This document shows positions 1 to 8,434 of a stretch of 62,411 nt of DNA, one piece after another (positions within the stretch are counted from its first letter, which is position 1; every line of letters begins with the position of its first letter). The notes beneath the pieces were generated by a model. It was given only the letters and a program-made list of their open reading frames with translations, had not been told where the DNA came from and made no database searches. The DNA comes from a bacterium (GTDB taxonomy: Bacteria > Verrucomicrobiota > Verrucomicrobiia > JADLBR01 > JAIBCM01). The stretch spans positions 1-62,411 of the forward strand of contig JAIFLJ010000176.1 of the NCBI GenBank assembly GCA_020049135.1. Direction: 5' to 3'. The position numbers and the translations under genes are program-made.

Positions 1-1
1 A

Positions 2-775
2 AAGCTCCAAGAGAAATACCCCAACAAAAAAATTGAAGTAATAAATGCGTGTGTGACTGGATACCAAGTTTTTCAGCACACGCATTATTTGTTGAGTGAG
101 ATTCTGAATTATTCGCCAGATGCCGTTATTTTCTTTGATGGAGCAAATGACCATTATAAACCTTGGCTAAATTACGACTATTATGAGGATTTTCCCTACC
201 AGTTTTGGAAAAAGCACCTACAAGAACCCTCGTTAAGTGGATTAAAGAATTATTTCGTTTTAATGCTATCAGGACATAGTTCATTTTTCAGGGGATGGTA
301 CGCCTATATTTTGGAACAAGATGCTGCGAACAGAAAAACATTTATAGTTTCAGACGATGTGGAAAAAATGGTGAAAGCGTATAGAACCTCTTCGCCAAGA
401 GGTTATTTAAGAAGTGTAAACGCAAACATCCAAATTTTGAAAGCAAATAAAATAAAGTCAATTTTGTGTTTGCAGCCTATGTTCGCTCTTAGAAGTCGGG
501 ATAGCATATCTCCCGAAGAGGAAAATGTGTTAAAACTTCTTGGCTTCAACCCCGTCGTTAAGGGGCTTTATCCTTATGTGGCCTCCGATCTTAGTGGATT
601 GGCAAGAGAAAATAAGGTGGATTTTATTGATGCAAATCTTTTTTTTGCAAAACCAGAAAACATAAAAAAGCACTTGTTTACAGACTACTGCCATTTAACC
701 CCCGAGGGGAACCGAGTTGTGGCAGAAGCAATGTTCCCGATGGTGGATAAAATGTGTGCTGAGTTAAAATATTAG
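2..775 (+). CDS. SGNH/GDSL-family hydrolase (esterase/acyl-modifying enzyme), 5' end cut by window edge
   Basis: Frame is open from nt 2 (KLQEKYPNKKIEVINACVTGY...), so the listed GTG at 53 is internal. SGNH-like blocks are visible: NACVTGY, FFDGANDH (GxND) and DYCHLTPEGN (DxxH) near the C-terminus. Confidence 0.6.
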   Translation, partial: KLQEKYPNKKIEVINACVTGYQVFQHTHYLLSEILNYSPDAVIFFDGANDHYKPWLNYDYYEDFPYQFWKKHLQEPSLSGLKNYFVLMLSGHSSFFRGWYAYILEQDAANRKTFIVSDDVEKMVKAYRTSSPRGYLRSVNANIQILKANKIKSILCLQPMFALRSRDSISPEEENVLKLLGFNPVVKGLYPYVASDLSGLARENKVDFIDANLFFAKPENIKKHLFTDYCHLTPEGNRVVAEAMFPMVDKMCAELKY

Positions 776-1016
776 TTGCAGTGAGGTTTTTAAAGAACAG
801 GTATGTCATCGCTCGATACTGGGTAGAAGAATGTCTCAGTTTTGAAGTGATTGATGGAGGTAAATTGACTTCCCGAAAATTAAGTGGAGCTTGAGGATTA
901 TTGTTTTGGATGCATGTGTGGGAGAGAGTTAATGGACAAACAGTTGACAGCAAGCAACATCATAAAAAACATATGGCATAAAATAACCTCAACTAAGTAG
1001 ATGTGGTTGAATATTA

Positions 1017-1574
1017 ATGCTATTGAAACAGAAAGAATTTGCATCTATGCTGAGTAAAGTGAAAATGGTTTTGTTATATATTGTGTATTTTTTTCAGTTT
1101 GGAAAAATAGAGTTGCCTGTTTATTTTTACAAAAACTATTTTATAGGAAATAGAAAAAAGATTTATTTTTCTCAGAAAGTTACCGTGCCAGAAAAGTGCT
1201 ATTTGTCGCCTTTAGAATTGTTTGTTGGCGAAAATACTTGGCTTGGGGTGAATTCTTTTATATGCGGCAAGGTTAAAATAGGGTCTAATGTTATGGTTGG
1301 ACCCAATGTAGCCATAACAGGTGCAAATCATAATATAGAAAAAGCAGATGTTCCGATGATAAATTCTGGAATCACAGTTAAAGGAATAATTATCGAAGAT
1401 GATGTTTGGATTGGAGCAAATGCAGTTGTGCTAGATGGGACTACAATTAAAAGAGGAGCAGTCATAGGTGCTGGATGTGTAGTCACAAAAGACATACCAG
1501 AATATGCCGTAGTCGTAGGAAATCCTGCTAAAATAATTAAATATAGAAATCATGACTGTTCGGTTACTGTATAA
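1017..1574 (+). CDS. Hexapeptide-repeat (left-handed beta-helix) sugar O-acetyltransferase
   Basis: Hexapeptide repeats [18 protein letters not shown] and [46 protein letters not shown], typical of LacA/MAT/WbbJ-type acetyltransferases. Confidence 0.8.
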   Translation: MLLKQKEFASMLSKVKMVLLYIVYFFQFGKIELPVYFYKNYFIGNRKKIYFSQKVTVPEKCYLSPLELFVGENTWLGVNSFICGKVKIGSNVMVGPNVAITGANHNIEKADVPMINSGITVKGIIIEDDVWIGANAVVLDGTTIKRGAVIGAGCVVTKDIPEYAVVVGNPAKIIKYRNHDCSVTV

Positions 1575-1664
1575 ATGCCAACAAATCCCATGCATTTTAA
1601 AGAAGTAATGGTTGATTGTTCGTTTTTAAAAGATCAAAAACCGGAAATTAGATAATAAACTAAA

Positions 1665-2597
1665 ATGAATGTAAAAGTAAGCACAAGTTTTGCCTATCCT
1701 CCAATACTAAGACAAACACCTGGCGGAGAGGGTAAATGGAAAGACTCTATTTTTTTCATCAACCAGCCGGTAGAGACTTGTGATGCGTGGTTTGTTTATG
1801 ACGGGCTGACGGTGGAAGAGACAACAGTTTGTCCGCCTGACAGGGTCTCATTGATTGCCATCGAGCCGCCGAGTTTGAAACGGCATAACGCTCGTTGGCT
1901 CGAACAGTTTTCCAAAATAATCGGGTGGCAGACTTATTTTGATCCTAAAAAATCACATCTTTCCCATTGTGCTCCACCTTGGCTTGTAGGCAAAAGTTAC
2001 GACGAACTTATCGCTTCTGATTTTCCAGATAAAAGCCGGAGCCTTTCTGCTATCGTAAGCTCTAAGCAGGTGAATCGCGGGCACCGCAGGCGTTACCGTT
2101 TAGTCCGCGATTTGGCCGAGCGTATCCCCTCCCTAGATTTGTATGGTCGCGGCATACGGTCGCTCAACGATAAATGGGATGGGCTGGCCGATTACCGTTA
2201 CTCTATCGCAATCGAAAACGATTATCAGCCGCACTGGTGGTCGGAAAAGATAGCGGATTGTTTTTTGGCAGGGACAGTTCCGATTTATTATGGCTGTCCG
2301 AATATCGGGGACTATTTTCCAGAAAAATCATTTATTAATCTGGATGTTTCTAACGCGGAAGCTGCGGGCCGCCAAATACGGGGCATTTTGGAAAACGATA
2401 GTTACGAAAGTAGGCGGGAAGCCTTGGCTGAAGCCAAAAGACTCGTCCTTGAAAAATACAATCTGTTCAATCTCATGGCGGACTTTTGTTCACAGTGGGG
2501 GGACGGCATTGAGCGCAAGGAAATCCATCTGGTTCCAGAACCGCCACCTAGCAGATGGCTGGGGTATATGCGCAAGATAAAAGGGTGGTTTTACTGA
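1665..2597 (+). CDS. GT10-like glycosyltransferase (alpha-1,3/4-fucosyltransferase family)
   Basis: YRYSIAIENDYQPHWWSEKIADCFLAGTVPIYYG resembles the GT10 donor-binding motif (FENS..Y.TEK....G.VP.Y.G). Confidence 0.6.
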   Translation: MNVKVSTSFAYPPILRQTPGGEGKWKDSIFFINQPVETCDAWFVYDGLTVEETTVCPPDRVSLIAIEPPSLKRHNARWLEQFSKIIGWQTYFDPKKSHLSHCAPPWLVGKSYDELIASDFPDKSRSLSAIVSSKQVNRGHRRRYRLVRDLAERIPSLDLYGRGIRSLNDKWDGLADYRYSIAIENDYQPHWWSEKIADCFLAGTVPIYYGCPNIGDYFPEKSFINLDVSNAEAAGRQIRGILENDSYESRREALAEAKRLVLEKYNLFNLMADFCSQWGDGIERKEIHLVPEPPPSRWLGYMRKIKGWFY

Positions 2598-2619
2598 TTT
2601 ACAAACAAGGAGAAAAGCA

Positions 2620-3798
2620 GTGATACCGTTGATGAAGAATGCGTTTTTGTGCGAATATGAAACCAAGCGGGCTCTGGCGGATTTTATTTTGAGGGCTCCG
2701 CGTTTGAGCATGGCCGACAAGTGCATCGAGTTTGAGGAGGCGTTTGCCAAATATCAGGGGCGGCAGCACGCCGTTTTGATGAACAGTGGCGGCAGCGCAA
2801 ACTTGGCACTTTTGCAGGCTCTGCGGAATTTGGATCGCTTGAAATCTCGCGACAAAGTTGGTTTTTCTGCTCTGACTTGGTCCACGAATACGATGCCGAT
2901 TTTTCAGATGGATATGGATGCCGTTCCTGTGGACTGCGACCCGTTCACGCTCAATGTGATGAGCGCGCTTTTGGATGAACGGCTGAAGGAGGTTGATTTG
3001 AAGGCGCTTTTTATTACCAACGCCCTCGGTTTGGCTGGGGACATGGGGGCTATCCGCGACCTGTGTGCCCAAAAAGGGGTGATTTTATTGGAGGACAATT
3101 GCGAATCTTTGGGGACGGAGTTATCTGGTGTAAAAACGGGTAACTTTGGCCTAGCTTCGACATTCTCATTTTTCGTGGCCCATCACATGTCCACCATCGA
3201 AGGCGGGATGATCTGTACGGATGATGATGATTTGGCCGAAATGCTTAGAATTGTGAGAGCCAACGGTTGGGACCGCAATCTGTCTGCCAAACAGCAGCGC
3301 AAATGGAGACACCGTTATGGTATCAACAGCGAGTTTGAGGCCAAATACACTTTTTACGATTTAGGCTTCAACATGCGCCCCACGGAAATCACCGGCTTTC
3401 TTGGTTTAGAGCAGATGAAATATTTGGAAGAGAACATCCAAAAACGATCTGAAAACTTTATCAGGCTTGCGACAGTGGCAAAAGAAAATCCAGAGTTTCA
3501 CCCGCTCCAGACCGCACACATCACGCGCCTTTCCAGCTTTGCGTTTCCCGTGATATGCAAAACGCCGCAGTTGCGTGAAAAATATATCCGCGAGTTTTCT
3601 GGGGCAGGTATTGAAATCCGTCCGATGATTGCAGGCAACATGCAAAGGCAACCTTTTTACAAGAAATACGCGCTGGCCAACTACTCGCTCGCCGGAGCCG
3701 ATTTACTCCACGAGCAGGGCTTTTATTGCGGTAATTATCCCGAATTGACCGAAACTGATTTGCAGGTGATGACCAGTTGTCTTTCGCATGAGGGGTGA
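2620..3798 (+). CDS. PLP/PMP-dependent NDP-4-keto-6-deoxyhexose 3-dehydratase (ColD/E1 branch of the DegT family)
   Basis: LLEDNCESLG...FSFFVAHHMSTIEGGMICTDDDD. The position of the Schiff-base Lys of DegT aminotransferases is His-His, as in ColD/E1 3-dehydratases (compare the true aminotransferase at 38009 with SPNKTITTGQGG). AGGAG lies 7 nt upstream of the GTG start. Confidence 0.75.
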   Translation: MIPLMKNAFLCEYETKRALADFILRAPRLSMADKCIEFEEAFAKYQGRQHAVLMNSGGSANLALLQALRNLDRLKSRDKVGFSALTWSTNTMPIFQMDMDAVPVDCDPFTLNVMSALLDERLKEVDLKALFITNALGLAGDMGAIRDLCAQKGVILLEDNCESLGTELSGVKTGNFGLASTFSFFVAHHMSTIEGGMICTDDDDLAEMLRIVRANGWDRNLSAKQQRKWRHRYGINSEFEAKYTFYDLGFNMRPTEITGFLGLEQMKYLEENIQKRSENFIRLATVAKENPEFHPLQTAHITRLSSFAFPVICKTPQLREKYIREFSGAGIEIRPMIAGNMQRQPFYKKYALANYSLAGADLLHEQGFYCGNYPELTETDLQVMTSCLSHEG

Positions 3799-3810
3799 TC
3801 TCTTTTGGGG

Positions 3811-4299
3811 ATGGCGATGAACATTGATTTCATGTTGAAAACGCTTTTTGAAAAAGAGGTGGAATACATTCTTATTGGCGGAGTCAACTTTCTGCTCAGA
3901 CATCAGCCCGTGCTAACTTTTGACATGGATATATGGATTCGTGATAGTCGTAAAAACAGAAGTAAAACAAATGAAGCACTGCTTCTAATGGGAGCGCAAT
4001 GGGGAAAAACTGAATGCGATTTCGGCCCGATTGCCATGGACCCCAAGTGGCTGGAAACCCAAGCTTTGTATTGTCTTTATACCCCGCATGGGAATCTGGA
4101 TATTTTTAGGGAGGTCAAGGGGTTAGAAAATCGTTTTGAAGAGTGCTGGAATGAATCTGGATGTTTCAAAACTCCTTCTGGTCTCGATTATCGCAGCTTG
4201 TCTGACCAACATATGCTTGAGTGTCAGGAGGTCCTTTCGGAAGGTGAGAGAAAAAAAGATCGCGAAACTTTTTTGAAAAAAATCATTGGTCAAACATGA
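3811..4299 (+). CDS. Minimal nucleotidyltransferase (MNT)-like protein, hypothetical
   Basis: LIGGVNFLLRHQPVLTFDMDIW fits the GG-x(n)-DxD nucleotidyltransferase-fold motif. No sugar-pathway signature. ATG at 3811 is preferred over TTG at 3805. Confidence 0.35.
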   Translation: MAMNIDFMLKTLFEKEVEYILIGGVNFLLRHQPVLTFDMDIWIRDSRKNRSKTNEALLLMGAQWGKTECDFGPIAMDPKWLETQALYCLYTPHGNLDIFREVKGLENRFEECWNESGCFKTPSGLDYRSLSDQHMLECQEVLSEGERKKDRETFLKKIIGQT

Positions 4300-4469
4300 T
4301 GAGTCTGAAAAAGCGTGAGGAGCAAAAAAGGGAGAAGGCGGTTTCTCCTGAAGTGCGTTGGAAACAAATCCAAGAGATGATCGCTTGGGCGGAGGTGAAC
4401 ATGAGACCCGAACATAAGAAAATTCAAACTCGTCTTTATCAGCAAGTTTGCGCGAATAAAAAGAACTGA
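4296..4469 (+). CDS. Small hypothetical ORF (57 aa), ATGA-coupled to the MNT-like gene
   Basis: It is below the ORF-track cutoff, so I translated it by hand: MMSLKKREEQKREKAVSPEVRWKQIQEMIAWAEVNMRPEHKKIQTRLYQQVCANKKN. The start overlaps the upstream stop (ATGA at 4296-4299). Confidence 0.2.
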   Translation: MMSLKKREEQKREKAVSPEVRWKQIQEMIAWAEVNMRPEHKKIQTRLYQQVCANKKN

Positions 4470-4633
4470 ACAGGTTTCTGTTTTTGGTGTTGATTGATGC
4501 GAAGAACAATCAACTCTTGGTATGATAGAGAAGCATTACTTGGATATTCATGAGCTGGCCCGGCTTGAATACGGTCGCATCATGTGGAAAAACCATCGCA
4601 TTCGTGAACGGATGGAGAGGTCTATCGCTTGCT

Positions 4634-4831
4634 ATGAGCATACACCCACAAATAATCGAAAAAGAAGGAAAGAAGGAATTTGCGGTCATTCCCTATGAGG
4701 AATTTTTGTTGCTCCAAGAGGCACTTGAAGACTATGAGGACTTGAAAATCCTTCGATTTGAGAAGTCAGAGGGAAAATCAGAACCTGCAAAATCATTGAA
4801 CGATGTCCTCCTTCTTGAGATCAAAAATTAA
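4634..4831 (+). CDS. Phd/YefM-type type II antitoxin (no intact partner toxin seen)
   Basis: MSIHPQIIEKEGKKEFAVIPYEEFLLLQEALEDYEDLKILR is a typical Phd/YefM-like N-terminus. The internal ATG at 4634 gives a 65-aa product. Confidence 0.6.
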   Translation: MSIHPQIIEKEGKKEFAVIPYEEFLLLQEALEDYEDLKILRFEKSEGKSEPAKSLNDVLLLEIKN

Positions 4832-5143
4832 AAAGCCGAAAAAGCTCTTCGCAGGTGTTGGCTTTGCGGTTCTTCAGTCATTGATTGATCCCATCATTCC
4901 ATTTTAAGATTTGAGCCACAGATTGACAAGATGAATACAGATTTTTTTAACCACATAGTCCACAAAAAGCACAAAAATTTCATTTCACGCTCCGCGTCTT
5001 ACTTCTGCCTTCATGCTTTTGCCTTTGAATCCCGCCCCGCGTCTTCATTTCGACATTCGATATTCCTTGTTCTGTATTCGATATTCAATCTTTTTACTTG
5101 CGCCATAGCACTGGCTTTGCCGACTTAGAATAAGAGGTATCTC

Positions 5144-6037
5144 GTGGTTATTGTTCATCTTGTTGGGGGTTTGGGAAATCAGCTTTTTCAATACGCTTGT
5201 GGGCGTAGCGTGGCGTTGAGGTGGGAAAAGGAAAGGGGCAGGAAAGTGGTTTTCAAACTCGATCTGTCTGCATTCCAGACGCACTACACCCTGCACAAAT
5301 ATAGTTTGCATCATCTTTGTATTAAGGAAAACATCGCCTCCCAAAAAGAAATTGCGGAACTTCGTCCTGTCGGAAAGTTGGGGCACTTGCGTGCGCTCGT
5401 TGACCCGTGGATCAAGAAACGGTTTGAGAAAACCCGTTTTCAGGAGAAGGGATTGACTTTTGATAGATCAATTTTTGAAAAAAAGCCGCCCCTTTATTTG
5501 GAGGGGTACTGGCAGACGGAAAAATATTTTAATGAAATCGCCTCCGTGTTGAGAGAGGAGTTTAAAGTCAAGACCGAGCCTTCTTCGCGCAACCGTGAAT
5601 GGGCGGACAGGATTGCGGGTTGCGAATCGGTCAGCCTGCATGTGAGACGGGCCGATTATGTCTCCAACAACCAAACTCAGAGTTTGCACGGAACCTGCGA
5701 TATGGGGTATTACCGAGAGGCTGTCGCGCAAATGGCGAAAAGCGTGAGAAACCCGCACATTTTTGTTTTTGCGGATGATCCCGTTTGGGCGGCCGAGCAT
5801 GTGCGTTTTGATTTCCCAACTTTTTATGTGGCGGATAACAATGCGGAGACCAACTATGAGGATTTTAGGCTGATGAGTCTTTGCTCGCACAACATTATCG
5901 CCAACAGCACCTTTAGTTGGTGGGGGGCTTGGATGAATCCGAACCCGAAAAAAAGGGTCGTGGCACCACGGCAATGGTTTCAAGATCTTTCAAAGGATGC
6001 CTCGGATCTCGTGCCCGAAAACTGGGTCAGGATATGA
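5144..6037 (+). CDS. GT11 alpha-1,2-fucosyltransferase
   Basis: Hallmark GT11 motifs: GGLGNQLFQYACG, SLHVRRADY and NSTFSWWGAWMN. Confidence 0.85.
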   Translation: MVIVHLVGGLGNQLFQYACGRSVALRWEKERGRKVVFKLDLSAFQTHYTLHKYSLHHLCIKENIASQKEIAELRPVGKLGHLRALVDPWIKKRFEKTRFQEKGLTFDRSIFEKKPPLYLEGYWQTEKYFNEIASVLREEFKVKTEPSSRNREWADRIAGCESVSLHVRRADYVSNNQTQSLHGTCDMGYYREAVAQMAKSVRNPHIFVFADDPVWAAEHVRFDFPTFYVADNNAETNYEDFRLMSLCSHNIIANSTFSWWGAWMNPNPKKRVVAPRQWFQDLSKDASDLVPENWVRI

Positions 6038-6083
6038 AATGAAGAAAAAAGGGTTGTTGAACGAGGCGCAGCCTCTATGGGGT

Positions 6084-6108
6084 GCGGGAATTGATTCCCG
6101 CTCGTTTT
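6084..6108 (+). terminator. Rho-independent terminator candidate after the GT11 gene
   Basis: GCGGGAA-ttga-TTCCCGC (7-bp stem, 6084-6101) followed by TCGTTTT. Confidence 0.5.
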
Positions 6109-6316
6109 AGGCGAAGCGGCAAAGCCGCATTTCTATTTTCGCCGCCAGGGTCATCCGAGAAAAACGATCCCTCTACGGCTCAAGCGGCTGGGGGCGAAAG
6201 AGAGAGGCGAGGGGATAAATCCCCCCGTCAAAAGCGGCGATCAATCACCGCGCTCCACAGAGCCTCTGGCTCCAAGAGGTGAAACAACCCGCGCTGTTTG
6301 ACGAAGAACCAAAAAA

Positions 6317-7333
6317 TTGAAGTTGAAAAATCCTCCGACAGTCAGTGTCGTGCTTCCTGTTTATAACGGGGAAGCTTATTTGCAGGAAGCGATATCGAGC
6401 GTTTTGGGTCAAAGCTTCTCCGATCTAGAGCTGATCATCATCAACGATGGGGCGCTGGATAGGAGCGCAGAAATAATCCGTTCAATAGATGACGCTCGCG
6501 TGACCGTTATCACGCACGAAAAAAACAAAGGGCTGGTGCAGGCTCTGAACAGCGGGCTAGATGCGGCGTGCGGAAAGTTTATAGCCCGCATGGATCAAGA
6601 TGATGTATGCCATCCGCGCAGGCTGGAGAAGCAGGTGGCTTTTTTAGAAAAACGCTCTGAAATTGGAATATGCGGGACATGGGCGCGGGTGATAGGCTCG
6701 CCGTTTTGGAGCAGGTTGACCAACCCGTTAGAACACGAGGAAATCAGGGCCGGCCTGTTGTTCGGTTCTCCGCTAATCCATCCGTCCGCCATGTTTCGCG
6801 GTGATCTGATTGGTTCGGGGATGAGATATGCCGACGGGATGGATTACGCTGAGGATTATGATTTTTGGTCGAGGGCTTCTGGCATCACGCGATTGGCCAA
6901 TATCCCGGAGGCACTGCTTTTTTACAGAAAACTTCCTGGTGGCATGTGCGGGCACGGGGCGGCTATCCAGCGGACGAAGGGTTGGGAAGTCCGCTTGCGT
7001 GAATTGCAGAAACTCGGTGTGTTTATGGATGAAAACGAGAAAGGTCTCCATGCGAGGGTCTCTCTCCTTGAAAAGATTGCGTCTTTGCCGGAACTCGGCG
7101 AGTGCTTGGCTTGGCTTGAGAAACTTTTTTGCGTGAACCAAAAAACAGGGTATTTGGATTCGTCAGTCATGGCGCGGGTGCTCGGTGAAAAATGGTTTTA
7201 CCTTTGTCTTTCTTCGGCAGATTTGGGGCCGGATGTTTTTCGGGTTTACACAAAATCAAAATGGGGTGATTTTTTTGATCCCGGCCTTTTGCGGCTCGGT
7301 AAAATGGGGGTCAAATGTCTGCTGAAAAAATAA
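6317..7333 (+). CDS. GT2 glycosyltransferase
   Basis: VSVVLPVYNGEAYLQEAISSVLGQSF..LELIIINDGALD..ARMDQDDV, the classic GT2 DxD/ED architecture. The start codon is TTG. Confidence 0.85.
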   Translation: MKLKNPPTVSVVLPVYNGEAYLQEAISSVLGQSFSDLELIIINDGALDRSAEIIRSIDDARVTVITHEKNKGLVQALNSGLDAACGKFIARMDQDDVCHPRRLEKQVAFLEKRSEIGICGTWARVIGSPFWSRLTNPLEHEEIRAGLLFGSPLIHPSAMFRGDLIGSGMRYADGMDYAEDYDFWSRASGITRLANIPEALLFYRKLPGGMCGHGAAIQRTKGWEVRLRELQKLGVFMDENEKGLHARVSLLEKIASLPELGECLAWLEKLFCVNQKTGYLDSSVMARVLGEKWFYLCLSSADLGPDVFRVYTKSKWGDFFDPGLLRLGKMGVKCLLKK

Positions 7334-8430
7334 AAATTGTCCATGTGGTGCCGTTGCTTGATCACGGAGGGATCGAGACCACGCGACTTTTAATGGGCAA
7401 GTACGGCCAGGTTTCAGACACCGAAGTTTTGTTCGTGGCATTAGGGCGCGGCGGTGAGGTGGCAAAAGCTTTGCAGGGGTTGGGGCAGCGCGTGCTTTGT
7501 CTTGGGTCGTCCAGCACCCGTCCGGGATGGAAGCTCGTGCGGCGGCTTAAAAAACTGTTCGAGGAAGAACGCCCCGAGGTGGTTCATGCCTGTGCGCCTG
7601 ATGCAAACTTTCATTCTGTTTTAGCGTGTCAATTAGCGGGCGTCCCCGTTTGCTTGTGCGAAGAGCCTGGGATGGGGGAGAGAAGCTGGTTGGCGCACAA
7701 AATACTTGGAGCAGTCTATGCGATGAGCGACGGGGTGGTTTGCATTTCCAACGCCGTTCAAAAACATGTCCGAAATTCGTCGTGGCCATGGAGGTTCAGG
7801 ACAGAGGTTGTTTATCAGCCATGCGATGCTGAAAAATTCTTTATTCATTTGGATGGTGCGGTTGAAAAAAAAGCGGGGCGGTTTGTGGTGATGACGCACT
7901 GCCGTTTGGTCCGTGAAAAAAATTTGGAATATTTGATAGAGGCTGCGGCTCCTTTTCTTCGGCGTCACCAGGAAGCGGAACTTTGGATCGCGGGCGAGGG
8001 TCCTTTGAAGCGTTCTCTGGAATCACAGGTGGGGCGTGCGTGCATCGAAAGTCAGGTGAAATTTTTGGGGCACCAATCAAACCCTCAGCCGTATTTGGCC
8101 GAAGCCGACTGTTATGTGATCACCTCTTCGAGCGAAGGTTTATCGGTCTCCTTGATCGAGGCCATGGCGTGCGGGCTCCCGGCGATCGCGACACGCGTTG
8201 GCGGCATCCCTGAAGTTTTGCCGGAACAGCATCATGGGGATTGGCTGGTTTCTCTGGGTAACGCAAGCGAGCTTGAAAAGAAAATAGAGATGGCATTTTT
8301 GATGGGTGGCAGCGAAAGAAAAAAAGTTGGAGAAATCAATTGTAAACGGGCATCAGAAGTTTTTTCTCCAGTTATTTATGTCCGGCGGTTGATGGAGCTT
8401 TACAAAAAAATTCTGCGAGAAAATATTTAA
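7315..8430 (+). CDS. GT4 (GT-B fold) glycosyltransferase
   Basis: C-terminal SSSEGLSVSLIEAMACGLPAIATRVGGIPEVL (EX7E region). Confidence 0.85.
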   Translation: MSAEKIKIVHVVPLLDHGGIETTRLLMGKYGQVSDTEVLFVALGRGGEVAKALQGLGQRVLCLGSSSTRPGWKLVRRLKKLFEEERPEVVHACAPDANFHSVLACQLAGVPVCLCEEPGMGERSWLAHKILGAVYAMSDGVVCISNAVQKHVRNSSWPWRFRTEVVYQPCDAEKFFIHLDGAVEKKAGRFVVMTHCRLVREKNLEYLIEAAAPFLRRHQEAELWIAGEGPLKRSLESQVGRACIESQVKFLGHQSNPQPYLAEADCYVITSSSEGLSVSLIEAMACGLPAIATRVGGIPEVLPEQHHGDWLVSLGNASELEKKIEMAFLMGGSERKKVGEINCKRASEVFSPVIYVRRLMELYKKILRENI

Positions 8431-8434
8431 AAAT

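Noticed and set aside
4803-4907. 34-aa ORF overlapping the end of the Phd-like antitoxin, considered as a toxin remnant
   Set aside because: It is too short and has no RelE/ParE/YoeB motif. It is mentioned only in the context of the orphan antitoxin.
6082-6282. 66-aa ORF in the GT11/GT2 spacer
   Set aside because: The translation is Arg/Ser/Gly low complexity and there is no RBS. The region is better explained as structured non-coding RNA/DNA (see finding).
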